Positions 27,536 through 37,193 of a DNA stretch of 64,000 bases are shown one piece after another; position 1 is the stretch's first letter; each line of letters starts with the position of its first letter. The notes under the pieces are model-generated. The model ran no database searches. It was not told the DNA's origin and saw only the letters and a list, made by a program, of their open reading frames with translations. Source of the DNA: an uncultured Gammaproteobacteria bacterium (lineage in GTDB: Bacteria > Patescibacteriota > Microgenomatia > UBA8517); assembly GCA_964583685.1 (NCBI GenBank), contig CAZOVJ010000001.1:393152-457151 (forward strand), read 5' to 3'. The position numbers and the translations under genes are program-made.

Positions 27536-29265
27536 CAGATTTTAGTTATCCAACTTTGACAAAATTTCTTCCTTGACTGCCCTTCAACACTAAAATCCCT
27601 GTACGCCTCAGGGTGAACATACTGCCCAAGTTCAAAATCTCGACACAAAAAATCCTTTTTAATCACGTATTTTGCCAAAACATCCCGAAAGCGAGTAATG
27701 CGAGCAAAACCCTGTTCTGTCTCTTCTCTGCAATTCAGCTTCCCGTCAAAAATCCAAACAATATTTTCGTCCAGGCCATTCTCAAAACAATCAGAAACAA
27801 AGCTGACATTTCTATAGGAATAGTTTTTGTTAACCAGTCCCTCTGGTGCATTTAGATAAAAAAGGTACTCATGAAAAAGAATTTTTGGTTCAAAAGTAGA
27901 AACAATAATTTCTTTATTTGGATATGTCTTTTGAGTTAAATCTATATATCGAACAAGAACTCTATCTTGGAAAAACCATCCATCAGAAGCATAAACCGGA
28001 AAGCGATAAAAATAGATATGTAAAAGATTGACAAAAAGCAGCAAATAGATTGCGAGCAAAAAATATTTCAATCTTCCGAATCTCATTACATAACCTAAAC
28101 CGAGCCCAATTAAAATAATCAGAAAAGGGTACATCAACCCCGCTCTTTGGCTGTAAGAATGCTCGATTGTACTCAACCCAGAGGTCAACGAACCAACGGC
28201 AATGGCAACCAATAAAAACCACCATGTTTTTTTGCTTTTGAAAAACAATAGACTAAAGCCAACCAGCAAAAAAAGTAAGTCAACAAAGTAAAAAGTGCCG
28301 TGTTTCTGATAAGAAAAAGCAGCCCGAAGTTCGCCATTAAGAAACAAATTATCAGCCGAAAAAGTGTTCAGGTATTTTTCTAAAAAGCCCTTGCCATAAA
28401 CAGTTAACTTATTAATAAACAAATTATTGAACTGCCAGGGTACTGTTCTTAACCTCTCGCTGTTTACCTCACCACTTATTTCAGACAATGTTGGTAAATA
28501 GAGTTCTCCACCTCTTGCCCTCATTGATTGATTCTGGATAATAATTACTGCATAACTAGCAAGGATGACAGAAACAATAAGACTGAAAACAAGATAGGGT
28601 TTTATGCTGCGTTGACCACTAGAAAAGTAATGATAAAAAAGAGTAGCGATTATAAAAAAATAAAAAGCAATCTGACCACCTGTATAGCTAAAAAAACCCA
28701 AGAGATAAAAAGGTAAAGCATAAAAGATACCATAATCTTTCTTCTTCAGAAGAACAAGAAAACCAAGCAAAAAGAAAAAGACAAAAAAGTTTACCTCAAA
28801 GACCGTCCTACCCATTAAAAAGCTCCAGGGATTTATTGCCATTACAAAAGATGTGATAATGGCAGTCTTTTTGTCGGCGAAAAGGTGCATAACTAAGTGA
28901 TAAACAACCAGGACAGTGAGCGAAGATAAAAGTGCGCCGACCATCCTACTTGCAAAAAGGGAAAAAGGCAGAGGACCAACAATTAGCATCAATAAAAATA
29001 CTGGAACCTCTGCAACCGTAACAGTGAAATCTTGCATTTGAGTCGGTAAAACTGCCGGAGCTGTACCCGATACAAACTTACCAGTTTTAAAGAATGATTT
29101 TGCTGCAACAACATAATTGAGCTCGTCATGTGTCATTCCTATAGGGAACTTGTCAAGTAAAATTAACCTTATCCCCAGAGAAAAAATAAAAATCAGGAGC
29201 AACCAAAATTTATTTTGAAAAAACTGTTCTAAAGCCTTTTTTAACATCAGCAAAGATTGAGGCAC
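27535..29265 (-). CDS. GT-C glycosyltransferase (PMT/ArnT-like, divergent)
   Basis: First-loop motif GMTHDELNYVVAAKSFFKTGKF. Polytopic, with a C-terminal soluble domain. Confidence 0.65.
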   Translation of the reverse strand: MPQSLLMLKKALEQFFQNKFWLLLIFIFSLGIRLILLDKFPIGMTHDELNYVVAAKSFFKTGKFVSGTAPAVLPTQMQDFTVTVAEVPVFLLMLIVGPLPFSLFASRMVGALLSSLTVLVVYHLVMHLFADKKTAIITSFVMAINPWSFLMGRTVFEVNFFVFFFLLGFLVLLKKKDYGIFYALPFYLLGFFSYTGGQIAFYFFIIATLFYHYFSSGQRSIKPYLVFSLIVSVILASYAVIIIQNQSMRARGGELYLPTLSEISGEVNSERLRTVPWQFNNLFINKLTVYGKGFLEKYLNTFSADNLFLNGELRAAFSYQKHGTFYFVDLLFLLVGFSLLFFKSKKTWWFLLVAIAVGSLTSGLSTIEHSYSQRAGLMYPFLIILIGLGLGYVMRFGRLKYFLLAIYLLLFVNLLHIYFYRFPVYASDGWFFQDRVLVRYIDLTQKTYPNKEIIVSTFEPKILFHEYLFYLNAPEGLVNKNYSYRNVSFVSDCFENGLDENIVWIFDGKLNCREETEQGFARITRFRDVLAKYVIKKDFLCRDFELGQYVHPEAYRDFSVEGQSRKKFCQSWITKI

Positions 29266-30673
29266 CCATTAAAGAGTAAATAACTATAAAATAAAATATT
29301 CCTCCCAAAATCACCAAGATGACAATGGAAATTAAGTTTACAGGCAGAAAATTGCGAACAAGCAAAAGCAAAGCTGCCATTGTCAAACCAGCAATCCCCG
29401 GCTTGAAGATACTCTCAAGCAAAGAAAATTTAACATACCTTCTGGCTATATAGATGGCGATAACCGAGCTTGAAGAAACCAGGGCATAGCCGGCGGCCGC
29501 CCCATTGACTCCATATCTTTTTGTCAAAAAGGGCAAAAGAATCCAAGACAAAACTGTCCACATAATCATCAATTTAAAGGTAATTTTGATTTTGCCAATG
29601 GCATTGAGAAGATTGGTCAGTTGAGTGGTAGCGGCAGCGAAAGATGCACTGATGGCAAAAAAACTGAGAGCTGTCAGGGCCGGAATCCATTTTTGATAAC
29701 GAGGAATCACCCGAACTAAAAACGGTGCGACAATTAAAATTCCCAAAATACTGGGGAAAACTAAAAAGCAAACAAAAAATATCGAGCGGGTAACAAATCT
29801 TTCAAGTTGTTTTTTATCGTCTTGCATTCGAGAAAAGGCCGGAAAACTAACTTTTAAAACATTATCCATAAAAAATCTTAGAGGCATCTGGCCTAATTTT
29901 TGGGCAAAGCTAAGGAAACCCATTCCCGCACTACCTAAAATCCCTCCTAAAACTATTATTAGACCATCGTCCTTGATTGTTGCCAAAAGAGTATTCAGTT
30001 GATAGGGAAGGCCAAAGCGCAAAAGTTTTCTTAGAGATTTTCTGGAAAAGGCCAAGCCAGGCATCCAAGGTTGAAGCAAATAGATGGCCACCAGCCCAAC
30101 CAAGCCCCTGATTAAAACGGCAATGGTAAAGCTGGTAATTCCCAATCCTTTCCAGGCAGCCAAAACCACTACGATGTTGTAAACAATATTTTCGAGAATT
30201 TGAGGAAAGACAAGCCTTTCAAACTTCAACTTTCTCTCAAGTAAGGTTGAGGGAATAGTTTTTAGGGAAGAGAGAAGTAAAGATATTCCCAAGGCATACA
30301 AAAGATAAAGGCCCTCTTGAGATAATTTATAAAATTTGGCAATAAAAGGCGAGCTCAAAAATAATATGAGTAAAAGCAGGATGACCAATCCCTGCTGGAC
30401 AGTAAAGGTTGTTTTCAAATCTTCATCTGTAACCTTCTTCCTTTTCTGAATCAAAGAAGCAGCCAGGCCAATATCGGAAAAGTAAGCTAAAAAGTTGACA
30501 ACCGCCGAAACCATGGCAAAAACCCCAAATTGGCTCTGGTCCAAAAATGCCCATAAAAATCCAGTGGCAATAAAAGAAAGAAGATGCAATAAGAAGCTTC
30601 TGCCAGTCAGAGTAACCACTCCGTGAACTGCCCGAGCTTTTACTTTCTCAAGAGTCATCTCCGCCACACTCAA
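29210..30673 (-). CDS. Wzx-like polysaccharide/oligosaccharide flippase (MOP superfamily)
   Basis: 487 aa, about 12-14 TM helices, typical PST-family organisation. Sits in a glycan locus. Confidence 0.6.
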   Translation of the reverse strand: MSVAEMTLEKVKARAVHGVVTLTGRSFLLHLLSFIATGFLWAFLDQSQFGVFAMVSAVVNFLAYFSDIGLAASLIQKRKKVTDEDLKTTFTVQQGLVILLLLILFLSSPFIAKFYKLSQEGLYLLYALGISLLLSSLKTIPSTLLERKLKFERLVFPQILENIVYNIVVVLAAWKGLGITSFTIAVLIRGLVGLVAIYLLQPWMPGLAFSRKSLRKLLRFGLPYQLNTLLATIKDDGLIIVLGGILGSAGMGFLSFAQKLGQMPLRFFMDNVLKVSFPAFSRMQDDKKQLERFVTRSIFFVCFLVFPSILGILIVAPFLVRVIPRYQKWIPALTALSFFAISASFAAATTQLTNLLNAIGKIKITFKLMIMWTVLSWILLPFLTKRYGVNGAAAGYALVSSSSVIAIYIARRYVKFSLLESIFKPGIAGLTMAALLLLVRNFLPVNLISIVILVILGGIFYFIVIYSLMGASIFADVKKGFRTVFSK

Positions 30674-30722
30674 ATTGTAGCATTAGTCTAATTAAGAACA
30701 AAATATATTGTAAAATATTCTA
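30674..30722. promoter_or_regulatory. Divergent promoter region between the Wzx-like operon (-) and the 30723 operon (+)
   Basis: 49-nt AT-rich spacer between divergent starts. No specific -35/-10 assigned. Confidence 0.3.
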
Positions 30723-31565
30723 ATGAGCAACCAATCTGTTGGCCAGCGGATAAAATTGTTGCATCTGGTTGTCGGCTTAGGGCTGATATTCTGGCCAATA
30801 GCACTTTTTTTAAACAATACCTTCAGCAACTTTATCAGTTATATCCTTCCCTCTTTCTTTCTCTTTTCAAGTTGGATCCTTCTGAAACGCTCTTCAAAAT
30901 TATACTTTTTGCCTATCCTCTTTATCCCCCTAATTGAGCCAAAATTAGCCCTTCTCCCTTTCTGCTTCAGCCTAATTAATCTACTTTGGCAGCAGGACAA
31001 AAGAATATCCTTTGTCTTTTTATTTCTCTCTCTGCTCGTTGTTTTTGTAACTTGGAAACCCTTCTTTGGCCAAACTATTTTCAGTCCGGACTATGAAGCC
31101 CGTCAGTTTGTTATTCGTAAAACCCACCTTTATCCCACAGTCTTCATGGCCAGACTGTTCCAAAACAAGGCCCGAATTTATGGTGATAAATTCATTAATA
31201 ATTTTTTTGCTCTCAGCGACCCCAACAATTACTTTTTTGCCTTTCATCCCCGACCAATAATTATTGAAAATCAAAACCTTAATAAATTCCCTTTTATCGG
31301 ACTTTTATTTAGTCTTTTTGGTTTCTTCTATTTGGCAAAGAGTCAAAATAAAAAATTTATCATCAAGAGCCTTGTCGCCTGCCTAATTTCCCTTTCTCTT
31401 TTAATCAATTTCGACCGCCATGATTTTATCCTTTGGCTCCCCCTTGGTCTTATCTTTGTTCATGGAGTTCAAGAATTCAGCCAAAAATTTAAAAAGGCCA
31501 AATATGTTTTCTGGTTATTTTTTGTTTTTGCTATTCCAGAATTAATAAGAATTTTTTTTCAATGA
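30723..31565 (+). CDS. Polytopic membrane protein, unknown
   Basis: 280-aa hydrophobic ORF. Overlaps the downstream GT-C gene by 4 nt. Confidence 0.5.
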   Translation: MSNQSVGQRIKLLHLVVGLGLIFWPIALFLNNTFSNFISYILPSFFLFSSWILLKRSSKLYFLPILFIPLIEPKLALLPFCFSLINLLWQQDKRISFVFLFLSLLVVFVTWKPFFGQTIFSPDYEARQFVIRKTHLYPTVFMARLFQNKARIYGDKFINNFFALSDPNNYFFAFHPRPIIIENQNLNKFPFIGLLFSLFGFFYLAKSQNKKFIIKSLVACLISLSLLINFDRHDFILWLPLGLIFVHGVQEFSQKFKKAKYVFWLFFVFAIPELIRIFFQ

Positions 31566-33238
31566 AATCAATAGAAAAAATTGGGAAAGTTTTTACCTTG
31601 CTTATCTTAGCTCTGGCCATTTTTTTAGGAATCCTCACTAGGTTTTACAAACTTGGCCAAGCACCAGCCGGCCTCTATCTTGACGAGGCAGCTCAGGGAT
31701 ACAGTGCTTACTCAATCCTTAAGACTGGCAAGGACGAATTTGGTAAATCCTTCCCCGTTGTTTTCCGCTCCTTTACGGATTTCAAAACCCCTATCTATAT
31801 TTATCTGCTCGTTCCTCTTATCCCCATTTTTGGTCTTAGTAAATTTACGGTCCGTTTTCCCTCATTTATCTTCAGCGTTTTGAGTCTTCCCCTAATTTAT
31901 CTTTTAATCCGCAAAATCTGCTCTCAAAAAATCGCCAAGCCCCTTAGCCTGCTGACCAGCCTGCTCCTGGCAATTTCACCCTGGCACATCCTCTTTGGCC
32001 GGACCAACTTTGAATGCAACGTTGCCCTTTTCTTCTTCCTGGCTGGAATTTATTTCTTCTATCAAGGTCTGAAAAAGCCCAGTCGCCTTTTAATTTCAGC
32101 CATCATGTTAGCCATCGCCATCCCTAGCTACCACTCCCAAAGGCTGATTACTCCGCTCATGCTCTTACTCTTATTTATCAGGCATCGTCAAGTGCTTTTA
32201 GGACCAAAGCACCGTCGTTTTGTCTGTCTTGGCCTTTTAATTGGCCTCCTGATTAGTCTACCTACCTTGAGTGTTGCCTTTAGCCCTGGCTTCTTGGCTC
32301 GGGCTAGCGGGCTCAACATCTTCTCCCACCAACGCCAAATGCCCACTGGCTTTCTTGAAAATTATCGCGGTCCTCTTACTGAAATAATAAATAGCTCTTG
32401 GTTTCTCTCAACCCAAGAGTTTCTTTCTTTATATCTTTCTTACTTTTCTCCGAGAAATATGTTCGTCCTCGGCGACTATGACCCCCGCAGCTCTTTCCCG
32501 GAATTATCAACCTTTTTCCTCTGGCAATTTCCCTTCTACCTCTATGGCCTTTATCTTATTTTCAAAAATAAAAGCCTTAAAGAACTCCGTTTCCTTACTC
32601 TCGCCCTTCTCTTGATTTCTCCGCTCCCGGCCGCCGTTACCCGCGATCCCTATTCCACCATTCGGGCCTTACCCATGGTTATTCCTCAATTAATAATCAT
32701 CAGTTTGGGCCTGATTAAGGCCTTTCAAATTTTAAAAAAGCCAATCTTTAAACTAGCAACCTATGGCCTATTTGGCTTAATCCTCATCTATTCAATGGCC
32801 AAGCTTTACAGCTCAGTTATTGTCTTAAATGAACATTTCCGGGCCAAGTATTGGAATTATGGCTGGGAACAAGTAGTGGAAGTGCTACACAAACTTGACC
32901 CTCACTTACCAGTAGTCGTTGATACTGCCCGCTCAGAACCTTACAGCCAAATCCTTTTCTTTCTTAAATTTGAGCCCACCACCTATCAGCAGGAAAATCA
33001 GGAAGTTCCTCTTTCCCAGTACTATACCAATATGTCCAGGAACTCAAGTCGAAAAATAGGCAATATCATTACCAGGGTCATTGACTGGGAACCTGACTTA
33101 TTGATTGAACAATATTTTGTCGGTGATGCTCTGGCCATTTCTCAGCAGCAAATCGCAGTTCATAAACTTAAATTAATTGAGGAAATTGACTATCCGGATG
33201 GCAGTGTCGCTTTCAGAATCGTCAAAACCAACCCCTAA
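31562..33238 (+). CDS. GT-C glycosyltransferase, ArnT/PMT family, paralog 7
   Basis: YLDEAAQGYSAYSILKTGKDEFG...GLSKFTVRFPSFI. Confidence 0.85.
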   Translation: MKSIEKIGKVFTLLILALAIFLGILTRFYKLGQAPAGLYLDEAAQGYSAYSILKTGKDEFGKSFPVVFRSFTDFKTPIYIYLLVPLIPIFGLSKFTVRFPSFIFSVLSLPLIYLLIRKICSQKIAKPLSLLTSLLLAISPWHILFGRTNFECNVALFFFLAGIYFFYQGLKKPSRLLISAIMLAIAIPSYHSQRLITPLMLLLLFIRHRQVLLGPKHRRFVCLGLLIGLLISLPTLSVAFSPGFLARASGLNIFSHQRQMPTGFLENYRGPLTEIINSSWFLSTQEFLSLYLSYFSPRNMFVLGDYDPRSSFPELSTFFLWQFPFYLYGLYLIFKNKSLKELRFLTLALLLISPLPAAVTRDPYSTIRALPMVIPQLIIISLGLIKAFQILKKPIFKLATYGLFGLILIYSMAKLYSSVIVLNEHFRAKYWNYGWEQVVEVLHKLDPHLPVVVDTARSEPYSQILFFLKFEPTTYQQENQEVPLSQYYTNMSRNSSRKIGNIITRVIDWEPDLLIEQYFVGDALAISQQQIAVHKLKLIEEIDYPDGSVAFRIVKTNP

Positions 33239-33240
33239 AA

Positions 33241-34752
33241 TTATTGAATTTGGGCCACAAGGGGAAAAACCTTATCTCCGGGAAAATCTTCTGAAACCCC
33301 TCCCAAATCTTCGTAAAAAACCTTGAGCTCAAAATCTTGATAAAGAAGTTGCAAGGCATCACTGCCGGAAAGGGCAAAGAAAGCTTGTTTTGAGGTTCCT
33401 CCCCAATCTTCGGCCACAAAAGGGTAATCAGGGTCGTTAGTAAAATAAACAGCCGAACCTTTGGGTAATTGAGAATACCTTAATTTAACCTGCTTTATTA
33501 ATCTTTGTGCCAATCTACCCCGACTGGCAGCCCAGTAAGTAGAATCTGCCAATCTCACCGAGCTTATTGAGAGCAGCAAAAGGGCAGCAACAAATACACC
33601 GAAGATTGCGACAGCTAGTTTTTTGTTTTTTTTAGCCAATAGCCAATAAGCCTTAAAAGCTAAAAACCCAACCGCTGCCCAAAAAGCAGGCAAGGCAGCA
33701 GCTAGATAATGGCTTGATTTATGAAAAGGCAGAAATAGCACTGGAGCCAGAGCCAAGGGAAACCAAAAGACAAACAGCCAAAATCTTCTATCAATAAAAG
33801 TCTTTTTGTTTCTTAAAAATAAATAAGTAACGGCCGCTGAAAGAATGGTAACCGCTAAAAAGAATGTTGGGAAAATAAGGGAAAAATAATTACCCCAATG
33901 ACGCATAAGACTGGGGTTAAGCCGAAGACCTGGCCGGACAAAATCAATAACCATCTCGGGTAAACCCAAGGACCAAGCCAAATACCAGACAAGGGTGTTC
34001 AGGGTACTTTTAATATTAAAAGTAGGTTGGTATTGGGGCTCGGTTTGGGAAAAGCCGATAACGAAAAAGTTCAAATAAAGATAAAGTCCAAGTACAAAGA
34101 AAAGAGGCCAGATTTCTTTAATTGCTTTTAAAATAACCCGACCCGCATCTTTCTCTTTTAGAAAAAACAGCCCGCCCAAAAGAAAGGGAGTTGCCACTGC
34201 CAACTCATGGCAAGTCAAAGCCAGAAGGAAAGCAAAAAAGCTTGCAAATTTAAATCTAATTTTCTCCTTCTCTAGATACCTCCAAAAAATAACTAGACTA
34301 AAAAGCATAAACATGGCCGCAGCTAGGGTCTGAATCCCTCCGGCCAGATAATACAAACTGGCCATATTAGCGGCCGTAATGCCAAAGAAAAAGGCGACAA
34401 AAAAAGAAAGCCTGGCTTTAGCAAAAAGTCTTTGCATCAAAACATAAACCAGACTGATGTTTATAAAATGCAAAATCAGACTTAGAAACCTAAAAGGAAG
34501 ATGATTTAAACCAAAGATAGAATAAAAAATATTATATAAAACTTCTCTAAAAAGCGGCCGGTAAAAGGCAATCCCCCTTTGCTCAAAAGGATGAAATCCG
34601 AAAAAATTGATAAATGCTCTTAAACTACCATCTGTTCGGGCAACCTGGAAATGAAAAAAATCATCACCGGTAAAATAGACGGAAAAAATTGAGCAGTAAA
34701 GAAGGAGGACAACCAAAAAAATCAAGAGTAATGGTGCAAGCTTCTTAACCAC
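33241..34752 (-). CDS. GT-C-like polytopic membrane protein (PMT_2-like, divergent)
   Basis: N-terminal loop FTGDDFFHFQVARTDGS. 503 aa, multi-TM. Confidence 0.55.
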   Translation of the reverse strand: MVKKLAPLLLIFLVVLLLYCSIFSVYFTGDDFFHFQVARTDGSLRAFINFFGFHPFEQRGIAFYRPLFREVLYNIFYSIFGLNHLPFRFLSLILHFINISLVYVLMQRLFAKARLSFFVAFFFGITAANMASLYYLAGGIQTLAAAMFMLFSLVIFWRYLEKEKIRFKFASFFAFLLALTCHELAVATPFLLGGLFFLKEKDAGRVILKAIKEIWPLFFVLGLYLYLNFFVIGFSQTEPQYQPTFNIKSTLNTLVWYLAWSLGLPEMVIDFVRPGLRLNPSLMRHWGNYFSLIFPTFFLAVTILSAAVTYLFLRNKKTFIDRRFWLFVFWFPLALAPVLFLPFHKSSHYLAAALPAFWAAVGFLAFKAYWLLAKKNKKLAVAIFGVFVAALLLLSISSVRLADSTYWAASRGRLAQRLIKQVKLRYSQLPKGSAVYFTNDPDYPFVAEDWGGTSKQAFFALSGSDALQLLYQDFELKVFYEDLGGVSEDFPGDKVFPLVAQIQ

Positions 34753-34816
34753 AAGCTTATTTTAACACTGTTGAAAACCAACTTTGACCATGAACTGGGT
34801 TATCTGTAATAATTGC

Positions 34817-35548
34817 TCTATGAGTAACGATATTTATCTATCTTTGATTATCCCTGTTTATAATGAGGAAAAAATAATCAACCATACTTTAAAAGAAGTA
34901 TTAAAATATTTGTCAAAGAAACCCTTCAGTTGGGAAGTTATTGTGGTTGATGATGGAAGCAATGATCTGAGTTCAAAAATCGTAGAAGACTTCAAAAAGA
35001 AAAAAGTAAAACTGGTCAAACAAACACCAAATCAAGGTAAGGGAGCGGCCTTAAGGCTAGGGGTTGAAAAGTCAAAGGGAAATTTTATTATCTATAGCGA
35101 CGCAGATCTCTCAGTTCCTTTAGAAAACATCGCCATATTCTTATCACGGCTTAAAAAGAATGATGTTGTAATAAGTTCAAGAAGAGCAAGGGGGGCAAAG
35201 ATAGTGGTTCACCAGCCTTGGTTGCGTGAGAATATGGGTAGAGTTTATAGCTTTCTTTCTCAGCTGGTGACAGGTATTTGGGTTTCGGACTTCACTTGTG
35301 GATTCAAAGGCTTTGAAAAAAAGGCGGCGAAAGATCTGTTTGCTTGCGGGCTTCTAGATAGATGGGCTTATGATTCTGAAATTTTGTTTTTAGCCAAAAA
35401 GCATGGTTATAAAATTTGTGAAGTTCCTGTTGCCTGGACAAACAGGAAAGAAACCAGAGTAGTGCTAAGAAGGGCGGTAATAGCCTCCTTTATAGATCTT
35501 TTTAAAATTAGGGTAAACGATTTGTTAAGTAAGTATAATAGAAAGTGA
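34817..35548 (+). CDS. GT2 polyprenol-phosphate glycosyltransferase (DPM1-like); start trimmed to internal Met (ORF track starts at 34784)
   Basis: MSNDIYLSLIIPVYNEEKII...VIVVDDGSNDLS...NQGKGAALRLG...YSDADL. Confidence 0.8.
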   Translation, partial: SMSNDIYLSLIIPVYNEEKIINHTLKEVLKYLSKKPFSWEVIVVDDGSNDLSSKIVEDFKKKKVKLVKQTPNQGKGAALRLGVEKSKGNFIIYSDADLSVPLENIAIFLSRLKKNDVVISSRRARGAKIVVHQPWLRENMGRVYSFLSQLVTGIWVSDFTCGFKGFEKKAAKDLFACGLLDRWAYDSEILFLAKKHGYKICEVPVAWTNRKETRVVLRRAVIASFIDLFKIRVNDLLSKYNRK

Positions 35549-35555
35549 GGAGTTT

Positions 35556-37193
35556 ATGCCAAAACGAATCCTTCTTTTTCTTTTGATCTTAATTATTCCC
35601 ACTTTTTCTTCCCTTCTTAGGCCAGGATACTTCCCCATGCACGACGACTTACAGGCAATACGACTTTTTGAGATGGACAAGTGTATAAAAGATGGCCAGA
35701 TTCCCTGCCGTTGGGTACCGGATATGGGTTATGGTTATGGTTATCCTCAATTTAATTTCTATGCTCCATTTCCATACTACTCAATGGAGATTTTTCATCT
35801 TTTGGGTTTAGGATTTCTAGATAGCATCAAGGTAGTTTTTGCTTTAAGCGTTCTTGTTTCTACTTTTGGCATGTTTCTCTTGGGAAAATCACTTTGGGGT
35901 AACACGGGAGGATTGATCAGTGCTCTATTATATGCTTACGCACCCTATAGGGCTGTGGACATGTATGTTCGGGGAGCAGTAGGAGAATTTTGGGCACTTG
36001 CCTTTCTTCCCTTAATTTTGTGGTCTTGCAGGGAGGTTCTAAAAAACAACAGAAAAGCAGTCTTATGGCTCGCATTATCTTTGGCCGGATTATTAACATC
36101 ACACAGCATTACTTCTCTTATTTTTATTCCCGTGTTTTTTGTTTGGGTTGCTTTTCAATTTTTCTTACTTGGCAAAGAACTGAAAAATATTGTCTTGAGT
36201 TCTTTTTGGGGCTTTTCAATGGCCGCATTTTTTCTTGTTCCAGCCTGGTTTGAGAGAGGATTTGTCCACATCCAAACCCTGCTTCAAGGATACTTTAATT
36301 ATTTAGCTCACTTTGTCAGCATTAAGCAATTATTATTCTCGACTTACTGGGATTACGGCACATCTAAGCTTGGGCCATATGATGATATTTCTTTTGCTGT
36401 TGGCCTTTTGCATTGGATATTGCCCATGCTGGCAGTTTTTCTTTTTATTATTACAAAGAAGAAAAAGCAATTATTAACTTTGTTGTTTTTTGTTGCTATA
36501 GGCTGGCTAGCTCTCTTTATGACCCACCAAAAATCAGTCTTTATCTGGAACAAAATTACAATTTTATCTTATTTACAATTTCCCTGGAGATTCTTAACCG
36601 TTGCCATATGTTGTTTTTCTGCTGCCTCTGGCTCAATCGCCCTTCTTTTTCCAAAAAATAAAAAGTTCATCTTTTCAACCTTAGCTGGAATTTCTGTCTT
36701 CATTCTCATCTTATATTCAAACTATTTTAGGCCAATAAAGTGGTTAGAAATCACTGATAACGAAAAACTCTCTGGAGAGCTTTGGGAAAAACAGTTAACC
36801 ATTAGTATCTTTGATTATTTACCTATTTACGCCGAGAGTCCACCTGGAGAAAAAGCGCCTGATAAACCACTAATAATAAAAGGGGATGGTAAGACAATCT
36901 CAGGTCAGACAGGCAGTAATTGGCAAAACTGGAAAGTCAGAATGGACGAAGAAGGGCGAATTCGCTTGCCCCTGTTTTATTTTCCAGGATGGAAAGTGTG
37001 GGTGAACGGCCAAAAAACTGCCATTGATCATGATAACAAGCTGGGCTTAATAACAGTTAGAGTGACTGAGGGTGAACAACAAATTTTAGCCAAGCTTGAA
37101 AGTACGCCAATCAGAAAATTGGGCAATATGATTACTCTAGCCGGCTTTTTGACTATTCCAGTATTTTTAAGAGAGGGGGGAAAGAAAAAATGA
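35556..37193 (+). CDS. YfhO-like GT-C membrane protein, 'HDDLQ' family paralog 1
   Basis: FPMHDDLQAIRLFEMDKCIKDGQIPCRWVPDMGYGYGYP. C-terminal YFPGWKVWVNGQ shared with the 810-aa YfhO-like protein. Good SD (GGAG). Confidence 0.65.
   Translation: MPKRILLFLLILIIPTFSSLLRPGYFPMHDDLQAIRLFEMDKCIKDGQIPCRWVPDMGYGYGYPQFNFYAPFPYYSMEIFHLLGLGFLDSIKVVFALSVLVSTFGMFLLGKSLWGNTGGLISALLYAYAPYRAVDMYVRGAVGEFWALAFLPLILWSCREVLKNNRKAVLWLALSLAGLLTSHSITSLIFIPVFFVWVAFQFFLLGKELKNIVLSSFWGFSMAAFFLVPAWFERGFVHIQTLLQGYFNYLAHFVSIKQLLFSTYWDYGTSKLGPYDDISFAVGLLHWILPMLAVFLFIITKKKKQLLTLLFFVAIGWLALFMTHQKSVFIWNKITILSYLQFPWRFLTVAICCFSAASGSIALLFPKNKKFIFSTLAGISVFILILYSNYFRPIKWLEITDNEKLSGELWEKQLTISIFDYLPIYAESPPGEKAPDKPLIIKGDGKTISGQTGSNWQNWKVRMDEEGRIRLPLFYFPGWKVWVNGQKTAIDHDNKLGLITVRVTEGEQQILAKLESTPIRKLGNMITLAGFLTIPVFLREGGKKK

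Noticed and set aside
35721-35738. GGTTAT x3 hexamer repeat (GYGYGY)
   Set aside because: The G-Y-G-Y-G motif is conserved in all three HDDLQ paralogs, so it is a native motif rather than an insertion.
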